Source of the DNA: Candidatus Thorarchaeota archaeon
GTDB taxonomy: Archaea > Asgardarchaeota > Thorarchaeia > Thorarchaeales > Thorarchaeaceae
DNA: 64,000 bases
Direction: 5' to 3'
Assembly (NCBI GenBank): GCA_048882485.1
Contig: JBHLRP010000005.1
Coordinates: forward strand, 2,601 to 66,600
Under the pieces are notes generated by a model. It ran no database searches. It was not told where the DNA came from and was given only the letters and a program-made list of their open reading frames with translations. Made by a program: the position numbers and the translations under genes. Positions within the stretch are counted from its first letter, which is position 1, and every line of letters starts with the position of its first letter. Below, piece after piece: positions 56,229 through 64,000 of the stretch.

Positions 56229-57143
56229 CTAGATGGACTCTTCCCATCGACTCAGCCGTTCAATTCCGGAGTCGCCAAGCTCACAGAACAGTTTGAGCTC
56301 ACAGAGAATGCTGTTCCAGCCGATATCATACCCCACAACTGATTCCGGCTGTTGGAACCCGTGATGATGAAGTGTAACAAGTGTGTCACCATTGATTTCC
56401 TCGAAACGGATGTTTACCTTCGTTTCTGGCTCATTCCCATAAACCCAGGAGAATTCAATCTCTTCATCCTGGTACATTTTCGTAAAGACCACTGGACCCA
56501 TGCCCTCTGCCCACCAGGTATATAGTCCGGCATATTGGGGGTCTATTTTAGGGTCATCTGCCCGAATGAATCGTTTCAGCTTTTCTAGATTGGTGAACAC
56601 ATCAAATGGAAGTGACGGGGGTGCTTTGACGTGAACGCCTATTCGAACCTCTTTGGGATCATAGCGTGTAATCCTAAGGGGTCGATAGTCCGAGTAGTCG
56701 AAACGCAGTGCTGGGCTCCCCAATTCCAATACAGCTTTGAAATTGCCTAATAGGATGTTCCAGTGTTCTGGAAGATGGAAATCCAATGCAGAGTCTGGAA
56801 TCGCACCATGTTTTAGCTCAAGATAGGTGCGGCGAGGACTTTCTCGAAATCTCAGGACGAAGAGCGTCTTCGTGCCCATGATATCCCAGCTAAGGAGAAT
56901 TCCCTTCTTCTCAGTAATCTCTTCAATGTCCCATTTGTTCCCAAGCTCAGATGTCGTTGGCGCATTATTGCCTAAAAACGTGATTGAACCACCAGCCCGA
57001 ATGTCGGCAGATATCTCGTTACCAAGCCATTGAAGCATAATGACCGGATCAATGAACTTCTCCCAAACCTCATCCAGCCGCTTATTCAAGTTAATTCGCA
57101 TTCTGATGACAGGAGCCACCTCTTCCCTCGGAGACATTGCCAC
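56229..57143 (-). CDS. Tandem SRPBCC/AHA1-like domain protein
   Basis: Two repeats of the VW..F.DP...W...T.L.L.H...W...L..LK pattern. Confidence 0.8.
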   Translation of the reverse strand: MAMSPREEVAPVIRMRINLNKRLDEVWEKFIDPVIMLQWLGNEISADIRAGGSITFLGNNAPTTSELGNKWDIEEITEKKGILLSWDIMGTKTLFVLRFRESPRRTYLELKHGAIPDSALDFHLPEHWNILLGNFKAVLELGSPALRFDYSDYRPLRITRYDPKEVRIGVHVKAPPSLPFDVFTNLEKLKRFIRADDPKIDPQYAGLYTWWAEGMGPVVFTKMYQDEEIEFSWVYGNEPETKVNIRFEEINGDTLVTLHHHGFQQPESVVGYDIGWNSILCELKLFCELGDSGIERLSRWEESI

Positions 57144-57298
57144 AGTTCCTCAACCTCGCAGTCTGGCCTAATGCATTCTGCCCTTATTTGCCTGACGCTG
57201 ATGTATTGCCATATTATAAAGCCAGAAATCATGAGCCGCTACAAAGGTTAATGTGCACTTATTTTTCTTTTCAATCACTCACACTTGAGGGATTTGTA

Positions 57299-59566
57299 AT
57301 GCGCCGTGCATCACTTCTAACTTGTCTTCTTATGGTTCTGATATCTTTGGGTTCTTTCAGTCCAATGCGGAGTATTGCTAGCAAGCCAACTGATGTTCAT
57401 ACTGTTGCTGATACAGATCTCAATCGAGTAGAATGGAAAACGAACCATTTTCCGAATCCGGGATTTGAGATGTGGCAGAACCCGTATTCTCCTGATCGTA
57501 TCTCCAACTGGAGGACAACTGAACGATTTACGTGGTATGCATCAGCACCTTGGCCTGTAAACGAGAGTGCGCGTTCAATTGGGCTACAATCTCGTGCGGA
57601 AGATATCTTCCATCCCGGCGATGCAATACTCACTAGGTCTAGTTGGCTCTACTGGGACAATCCTTCGAATTGTACCCTGAAATTTGACTGGTATCTTGAC
57701 GAGATGGCAGTGCCAACTAACCAGGACTCTTTCAGAATTAGGGTGCAGCTCGGCGCTCCGGGCACAAGATATCTCTACTACTATCTTGGGTCTCAAGACA
57801 ACAATGTGGTGAATGGTTCTCAATCGGGATATTTCGCACTTCAAGGATCCATGGATACATGGAATGTCTTTCACCGAAATCTGACTCAGGACTTCTATGA
57901 AGTGTTTGCGATTTATCCAACGCAATTTCAGCAATTCAGATTTCAATTATTGACAGAGTCAAGCTCCTATTCACGCGCGTTCATCGACGACATATGGCTT
58001 ACGAATACAACCACTGTGATAGGTGGAAGTATAGGAAATGGAAACCTCGAAACCAACGCTGACTGGTATTACTACACGCCCTATGAAGCCGCGATAATAT
58101 CACAGAGTTCAACCAGAGTAGAAGGTGACTGGAGCCTGAACATGACTGGTATGTCGAACGGAAATGAGAGTCGTGCAGAAGCAACTTACTATCCCGATAT
58201 CAGAACCTCCAGCCTTAACAAAGACAGACTTCGTTTCCAATGGATGATCGATGATTTCGAGCATGCATCAGACGATACCTATGCATATCTATTCGTTCAA
58301 GCTGAGAATAGTTCTCAAGAGTCATTCTATATTTACTATGTCCTCTGCCGGGGAGCTGGCCCATTGTCGTTTGGATTCTCGGGAGCTAACATTGTTGACG
58401 CAACAGGATTCAACACAACAGGGCAATGGAATCTGTTTGATAGGAGCATCTGGGACGATGTCAATGCGTTCAATCAGACGGAGGATCTCGCCATTAGGGA
58501 AATTGAGCTTAGAATCTATCTTAGAGAAGCAGGTGCTCGTTTGAGCGTCCTATTTGATGATATTGCGCTAGTTTCCTCAGCATTGAATGGCATGAGCTAC
58601 GAGGACCAAGGTGATATCGGGGACCGGATTTGGTCATGGAATATTGACTCAGTTCCTGACCCTAAACTCACAGTGACAAGCGACGCTCATACTGGTTCCA
58701 AGGCAGCAAACTTGACAATTACCAACGGCGATACTTATGATGGGCAGCAATCCTTCGACTATCGACCTATTAACAACGAAACCGACACATGGCTCGACTT
58801 GTATTGGCGACTAGACACCTTTACTGACATAGGAGATGATCTCCTTCTCCTTGAGGTATACTTTGATTCCGGTGTGGGATTCGCATATTTACTTGCGAAT
58901 GCATCGAACGTTCCCACTGGAAATGGGTTTGATAAGCTCTTCATTGTGCCAGAGGTGAACACTGTCGGAGTGTGGCATAATCTGCAGAGGAATCTCTTCG
59001 ATGATTATAAGGCAGCCGTTGGAACTGAGCCTAGTACAGGAATTAGCGAGGTCTATCTATATGCTGAGTGCGACAATGCAGGGGGGCATGTCGAGGTAAT
59101 CTTTGATGATGTATATCTCTACAATGATCCTGCGCCAGACATCCTTGAAATATATCAAATTCCGGTATCAGTAGATGCAACTGATGATGTTATGGTCGTC
59201 GCCGAAGTGATTGACCCAAGTCTAGATGCAGTCACTCTGTATTATCGTGTAGACAGCGGCACCTGGATGGAACTTGAGATGATCTATGTATCAGGCCTCG
59301 GACATAGGGCAATCATTCCAGCCCAGACTGAGGGATCTGAAGTAGAGTACTATGTCAATGCCGCTGATGCGTTTGGACAAAGTACTGAGTCATCCACAGC
59401 TTCATATGATGTATTGACGATTCCCACCACGTCTTCGACAACAACGCCGGAGCCCGAGCCCCCTGACATGACGGTTCTATTTGTGGCTGCAGTTGGTGGA
59501 GCGATAATTATAGGAATCCTCTTGGCCTATTTCCTCGTTGCCAAGCCAAAACAACAAGTCGAGTAG
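57299..59566 (+). CDS. Cell-surface protein with three beta-sandwich repeats, Ig-like domain and C-terminal TM anchor
   Basis: Signal peptide; repeats WNVFHRNL/WNLFDRSI/WHNLQRNL each ending in DD(I/V); Thr/Pro linker and TM segment. Confidence 0.8.
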   Translation: MRRASLLTCLLMVLISLGSFSPMRSIASKPTDVHTVADTDLNRVEWKTNHFPNPGFEMWQNPYSPDRISNWRTTERFTWYASAPWPVNESARSIGLQSRAEDIFHPGDAILTRSSWLYWDNPSNCTLKFDWYLDEMAVPTNQDSFRIRVQLGAPGTRYLYYYLGSQDNNVVNGSQSGYFALQGSMDTWNVFHRNLTQDFYEVFAIYPTQFQQFRFQLLTESSSYSRAFIDDIWLTNTTTVIGGSIGNGNLETNADWYYYTPYEAAIISQSSTRVEGDWSLNMTGMSNGNESRAEATYYPDIRTSSLNKDRLRFQWMIDDFEHASDDTYAYLFVQAENSSQESFYIYYVLCRGAGPLSFGFSGANIVDATGFNTTGQWNLFDRSIWDDVNAFNQTEDLAIREIELRIYLREAGARLSVLFDDIALVSSALNGMSYEDQGDIGDRIWSWNIDSVPDPKLTVTSDAHTGSKAANLTITNGDTYDGQQSFDYRPINNETDTWLDLYWRLDTFTDIGDDLLLLEVYFDSGVGFAYLLANASNVPTGNGFDKLFIVPEVNTVGVWHNLQRNLFDDYKAAVGTEPSTGISEVYLYAECDNAGGHVEVIFDDVYLYNDPAPDILEIYQIPVSVDATDDVMVVAEVIDPSLDAVTLYYRVDSGTWMELEMIYVSGLGHRAIIPAQTEGSEVEYYVNAADAFGQSTESSTASYDVLTIPTTSSTTTPEPEPPDMTVLFVAAVGGAIIIGILLAYFLVAKPKQQVE

Positions 59567-59684
59567 AAGATAGCCTAGTCTATCATGTCTGGGCTTCTAC
59601 TACCTCCACCTAACTATTTTATTGTCTAGGTGCATGCATGTACTAGGACTCTGAGCCGGATTAGGGCGACCGCTGCAATTCTCC

Positions 59685-61583
59685 TTGTGGAAATCAAGGC
59701 TCTGCGTGATTCCCATGAAGTGGATGAACATGGAACCAGGAAAAGACAACACTACCCCGATGCCTGATTTCGAGATATATCGAGTCATCTTTGGCAAATT
59801 GCCTCAGGGTGTGGTCGTTGTCAAGAATGACAAGGTTAAGTATGCTAACTTGGCTCTATCAGATATTTCGGGTGTTCCTCTTGATGAGATTTACTCATGG
59901 GGCATGGATGACATCCTTGGTGTCTTGGCAGGTGAAGATCCTGAAGCTGTCAAGAAACTCTACCAAGATACAGCCAAGGGAAATACTACTGAAGGATTGC
60001 TTCATCTAAGCTTCGTACACCCGAATGGAGAAACGCGGCATATAGAGGTCATACCCACGATAGTTTCGATTGGAAGGGAGAATATCTACCAAGCCATCAT
60101 CACTGATGTGACAGCAAGAGTCCGGGCTGAAACGGCGCTTAGAGAGAATGAAGAACGCTTCAGACAGACCTTTGATGCAATTCCAGATCCCGCCTATGTA
60201 TGGGAGAGAAATAAGGATGGCACAATTGCATTACAGATGGTCAATCAAGCTATGATGCAATTCTCAAATGGCCTAGCAGAGGAATATCTTGGACGGCCAC
60301 CTGAAGATCTCTTTCCTGACAACTCCGAGATGTCATCAATGATCAGGACAACAATGAATGAAGGAGGAAAATCACGCGCTGAAATCGTCTTCAAGATTTC
60401 CTCAATTCCTGCTCATGCAGAGGCGCGACGCTTGATTGTTGATTACACAAGACCGGCTGACAATCTTGTAGTTATGATAACCACAGATGTGACAGATATC
60501 CTCAAGGCGCAGGATGCGATTCGAGAAAGCGAGGAACGATTCCGAAGTATGGCCGAAACCATTCAGGATGGAGTCACAATAATGGAGGGTGGTCCAGTTG
60601 CATATGTCAATGATAGAGCCTGTGAGATATTTGGATACCCTTGTGATGAGTTCATGAAGTTGACCACACTTGATTTAGCCGCACCTGAAGAACGAGAGAG
60701 AGTAGGTGCGATTGTGGCAGAATCTATGACGACAGGTGAGTATCCAGATCAGCTCGACTTCTGGACTGCAAGAAAGGATGGCACTCGACGCTATGTTAGC
60801 AATCGGTTTGCTTCAACTACAAGAGATGATGGAACCCATATTCAGTTTGTTATAACCACTGATATCACTGAACGAATGGAAGCGTACGATGCAGCGATGG
60901 AGTCAAGTGCACGTGCAGAGCTATTCAACGACCTTATGGCACACGATCTAAACAACATCCACCAAGGGATCATGTCTAGTCTTGAGCTACTCATGATGAG
61001 TGGCAATCTTTCACAGAAATCGTTGGATCAGGTAGAGGTTGCATTGGAGCAAGTTAAACGTGGCAGTGAGATTATTGCCAGCGTCAGGAAATATTCGAGA
61101 GTTGTTGAGGCACCCCTAAAATTGTCAGAGTTCGACATTAGTCCCCTACTCCTAACAGCTGAGGTTATGGTGAGCAGCGCATTCCCCGAGAAGAACATCA
61201 ACGTGACCTCGAACTTCAGGAAAGGTGAATTCAAGGTATTTGCAGATGATTTCCTGGTTGATGCATTCTTCAATTTGCTTCACAATGCAGCAAAGCACGA
61301 CCCTAGAAATGAAGTAAATGTAGACGTGAAAGCCAGCATCAATGAAGACTCAAATTCCATCGAAATAATGTTTGAAGACTTTGGGCCAGGTATTAAGGAC
61401 AGCAAGAAGGCTACCCTATTCTCAAGGCTAACTGAGGAAGGCGAGGTGGCAGCTGGAATCGGTCTGACATTGGTCCAAAGGATTGTAAAGCGATATGGGG
61501 GAGAAATTGGTGTTGAGGACCGCGTGAAAGGTGACTTCTCTAGAGGTGCATGCTTCATCATTAGACTTCCATTAGCTTCTTAG
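59685..61583 (+). CDS. Cytoplasmic multi-PAS sensor histidine kinase
   Basis: Three PAS domains (TDVT/TDIT ends), H-box MAHDLNN, NLLHNAAKH, DFGPGI, GIGL. Confidence 0.92.
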   Translation: MWKSRLCVIPMKWMNMEPGKDNTTPMPDFEIYRVIFGKLPQGVVVVKNDKVKYANLALSDISGVPLDEIYSWGMDDILGVLAGEDPEAVKKLYQDTAKGNTTEGLLHLSFVHPNGETRHIEVIPTIVSIGRENIYQAIITDVTARVRAETALRENEERFRQTFDAIPDPAYVWERNKDGTIALQMVNQAMMQFSNGLAEEYLGRPPEDLFPDNSEMSSMIRTTMNEGGKSRAEIVFKISSIPAHAEARRLIVDYTRPADNLVVMITTDVTDILKAQDAIRESEERFRSMAETIQDGVTIMEGGPVAYVNDRACEIFGYPCDEFMKLTTLDLAAPEERERVGAIVAESMTTGEYPDQLDFWTARKDGTRRYVSNRFASTTRDDGTHIQFVITTDITERMEAYDAAMESSARAELFNDLMAHDLNNIHQGIMSSLELLMMSGNLSQKSLDQVEVALEQVKRGSEIIASVRKYSRVVEAPLKLSEFDISPLLLTAEVMVSSAFPEKNINVTSNFRKGEFKVFADDFLVDAFFNLLHNAAKHDPRNEVNVDVKASINEDSNSIEIMFEDFGPGIKDSKKATLFSRLTEEGEVAAGIGLTLVQRIVKRYGGEIGVEDRVKGDFSRGACFIIRLPLAS

Positions 61584-61650
61584 CTTACAAAAGGAAAAAG
61601 AGGTAATCCTTTAAAGTGACTCAGCCCTGAGATAGGTTACACAAAGGAGG

Positions 61651-62358
61651 TTGGTTCCTATTCCTTCAAATAATTCTGCAATAGCCAAGGCAAAGCAGGA
61701 TTTCGATAGAATCAAGCAACTACAGAAGATCATTGAAAAAGAGTCTTGCCTACTCATCTATTCATATCTGATGTTGTTCGGTCGAACAACGCCAGCGAAG
61801 CTCCGAGAAGTCACTGGATTAAGCAAAGCAACCATGTTTAGGAATTTAGCCTTGCTCCATGATGCTGGGATATTAGCAAAAGAAGAAGTGGCAGTTTCTG
61901 ATAGACGATACGGTCTTCACTACTATATTGCGAAGAATCTCCTAGATGTAGCTAGACAGCTTTATACGAAGAGGGTTGGGGAATATGGAGCAAAACGAGA
62001 CGGTCAAAAAGTTCTCAGACGGTGGGTCGTGGCCTTGGAAACGTTGCCCCTCACACTCAATCGTTTCACAACAGAATTAATGCTGAAAATGGCACAGTCT
62101 CCATCCGAAGCAGACTCAGATGAGTGCGTTGTCATCACTAAGATGATCGCATTTCGAGTGGGGGATATTAGAGATGCACCAAAGATTTTCGACAGGATCA
62201 GAGAACTTGTTAGTGCATTTGAAGAACAAGGGACCAAACGTCGTAACTGGAAGAAGCCTCTTAGTCAGCCTGCAACCATGATAGTGAATCTGGTGGCAAT
62301 GGGTGGAGAGATTCCAGCGAACTCGTGTGCGATTGTGTCAGATAGAATTGAGTGCTAG
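61651..62358 (+). CDS. wHTH (ArsR-like) transcriptional regulator
   Basis: TPAKLREVTGLSKATMFRNLALLHDAGIL. Confidence 0.78.
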   Translation: MVPIPSNNSAIAKAKQDFDRIKQLQKIIEKESCLLIYSYLMLFGRTTPAKLREVTGLSKATMFRNLALLHDAGILAKEEVAVSDRRYGLHYYIAKNLLDVARQLYTKRVGEYGAKRDGQKVLRRWVVALETLPLTLNRFTTELMLKMAQSPSEADSDECVVITKMIAFRVGDIRDAPKIFDRIRELVSAFEEQGTKRRNWKKPLSQPATMIVNLVAMGGEIPANSCAIVSDRIEC

Positions 62359-62546
62359 CTCAATGACTTCAAGAGAAACGCTAATTCGACTCAGGAAGAA
62401 TTTTGCATGATGATTTGCTTGCTTGGATTCCAAACCCCCCAATCTTCGACATTCCACTCGTGCTCTATGACATCATACATGCAAGATCCCGTGGTTTTAT
62501 TCCAATAAGACCAGTCTTGATCTCTCTTGGGCTGAAGTTGCCTCCA

Positions 62547-64000
62547 TCAACCTCGTTTCATGAAGACAACCATGACAGCAATGATTCCAATGATAAGTAT
62601 GGACGCTCCTAATATCGGGAGCGGGAATGGGACCTCCAAGACGGATACATCAACAATCACTGTGTCATTCGTCTTCTGTCCGATATCATTTTCAATCTCC
62701 AATGTATATTCGTGTTCACCAGGCTCAAGGACTCCTAGATTGAAGGATAGCAGAGCGGGTCTCCAAAATCTGTCATAGAGGAAAGCGCCTGAATCCAGTT
62801 GGTCGGTGCTATTGCTGAAAGTGAAGTTTCCCTCCACTGTCTTTCTAGGTCTGTAATTGTAGAACGTCTGCCATTGAAGAACCACTTCTTCTTCTGGTTC
62901 AAAATGAAGCTGCGTGGGACTTAGCAGGATTGGAGCATATCGAAAGCGTTCTATTCTGTATACTCCATATCTATACAGCTCATTGGTTCTAAATGTAAAC
63001 TGCCAGGCAATATCTCCTTCTTCAGTGACCTCAATTAGATGAGCGCCGTGCTCATAGCCTGGTCGTGATGCTGCACCAAACACTCCTAGTCGGTTTCCAT
63101 TGGGCAGTCTATCAGCATCTCCCCAAAGGAACGACCAATGTATGTCAGTCCCTCTCCACACCCAAGTCAAATGCGCTTCCATTGTGACCTCATCAATAGT
63201 AATCTCAATCATTCGTGACTTGTGGCTTCCTTCAAAATTCTGATTGTGATGGTCATTGTCAAAGAGGATGAATGTATTGTCATCTACCCTCTCCAGAGAA
63301 TGTGGATGGAAGAACAAGTGATCAACTTCGACACCCAATGAATCGTACATTGTGAAATTTCCATATTCACCCAAACCCCAGATGACTTCTCCGGTCTTAT
63401 GATCAATCTTGTAGAATGTATTCACGTTCCTTGGATTATAGTAGATCATATCCTCATCTGCATCGTAGAATAGAGTGTTGGAATGAGTGATGTCCTGATA
63501 GCCGCCAAAAAGGTCTCCGTAGGGACACCCCATGTCAGGTCTTATGAACTCACTAACATCTAGCGACCAGACTAAATTGCCATTGAGGTCATATTCATGT
63601 ATTAGGTCGAAAAGATATGTTGCGTTATCAATCACTATCTGGTTGTATTTGAAGGTGAATACAGTATCGTTGTTTGGATTGTACTCATACTCGTGATGTC
63701 CATAACAATTGAGGTATCTTGTCGTGCCAGTGTAGAGGTTTACAAGAGCTACGTTGAAAGGGTATCCAACTAGAAGCGTCGTGGGACTTACGAAATCCAT
63801 TGACAGGTCTGCCAGTTCGTAGACACTGCTGTTTGTCAGAATGCGCTCATAGTGAACATTTCCATCCATGTCGCAGATTATTAAGGTCTGGTTGTTCTGA
63901 CGATTTTCTATATCTCGTTCCCTCAGTACAAATGCGTTATAGCCCTCGAAAGCTGCTTGAGTCTTTGTCACTTCAACTTCTCCACGCATGATTTCTGCCA
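62547..64000 (-). CDS. Aryl-sulfate sulfotransferase-like protein with C-terminal TM anchor (5' end outside the window)
   Basis: HHEY, D.THSN, R...YKID..TGEVIW.LG, LFDN, GDADRLPNGN; frame open to the window edge. Confidence 0.82.
   Translation of the reverse strand, partial: AEIMRGEVEVTKTQAAFEGYNAFVLRERDIENRQNNQTLIICDMDGNVHYERILTNSSVYELADLSMDFVSPTTLLVGYPFNVALVNLYTGTTRYLNCYGHHEYEYNPNNDTVFTFKYNQIVIDNATYLFDLIHEYDLNGNLVWSLDVSEFIRPDMGCPYGDLFGGYQDITHSNTLFYDADEDMIYYNPRNVNTFYKIDHKTGEVIWGLGEYGNFTMYDSLGVEVDHLFFHPHSLERVDDNTFILFDNDHHNQNFEGSHKSRMIEITIDEVTMEAHLTWVWRGTDIHWSFLWGDADRLPNGNRLGVFGAASRPGYEHGAHLIEVTEEGDIAWQFTFRTNELYRYGVYRIERFRYAPILLSPTQLHFEPEEEVVLQWQTFYNYRPRKTVEGNFTFSNSTDQLDSGAFLYDRFWRPALLSFNLGVLEPGEHEYTLEIENDIGQKTNDTVIVDVSVLEVPFPLPILGASILIIGIIAVMVVFMKRG

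Noticed and set aside
59774-59781. Isolated GATATATC
   Set aside because: Inside a coding region and lacking the flanking half-sites; compatible with chance
1012-63991. Numerous short antisense or alternate-frame ORFs in the track
   Set aside because: They overlap well-supported genes and show no motifs

Overview
Gene-dense archaeal window, most consistent with an Asgard archaeon (Thorarchaeia-like). This is an inference from three Rab-like small GTPases, a longin-like protein, several NosD/beta-helix surface proteins, GGTG(A)/GGAGG Shine-Dalgarno sites and frequent TTG starts. I saw no rRNA, tRNA, CRISPR array or transposase. The main feature is a metal (probably Cu+) homeostasis island at about 21.4-31.8 kb. 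It encodes CopA with two C-terminal YHS domains, a PadR regulator fused to a TRASH-like Cys domain, three stand-alone YHS proteins (one absent from the ORF track, with an altered ligand set), a LonC-type protease, a NIF3/DUF34 protein, an FTR1 permease, a ubiquitin-like protein with a capped GG motif and a TGA-interrupted wHTH gene. Its intergenic regions carry ten copies of the palindrome GATATATC, several in a 14-bp-period form ATATC-N6-GATATATC-N6-GATAT beside TATA-like boxes, which points to one candidate regulon. Elsewhere: a longin/Zn-ribbon/GTPase cluster, a Mo/W-bisPGD enzyme with a ferredoxin inserted in its last domain, a GC-rich amidohydrolase next to a truncated ycaQ copy, clear operators for other regulators, a candidate structured sRNA behind a tandem-AbrB gene, a second nonsense-interrupted gene, and many transport, detoxification, DNA-repair and surface-protein genes. 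All family assignments come from motif recognition by eye, not database searches.
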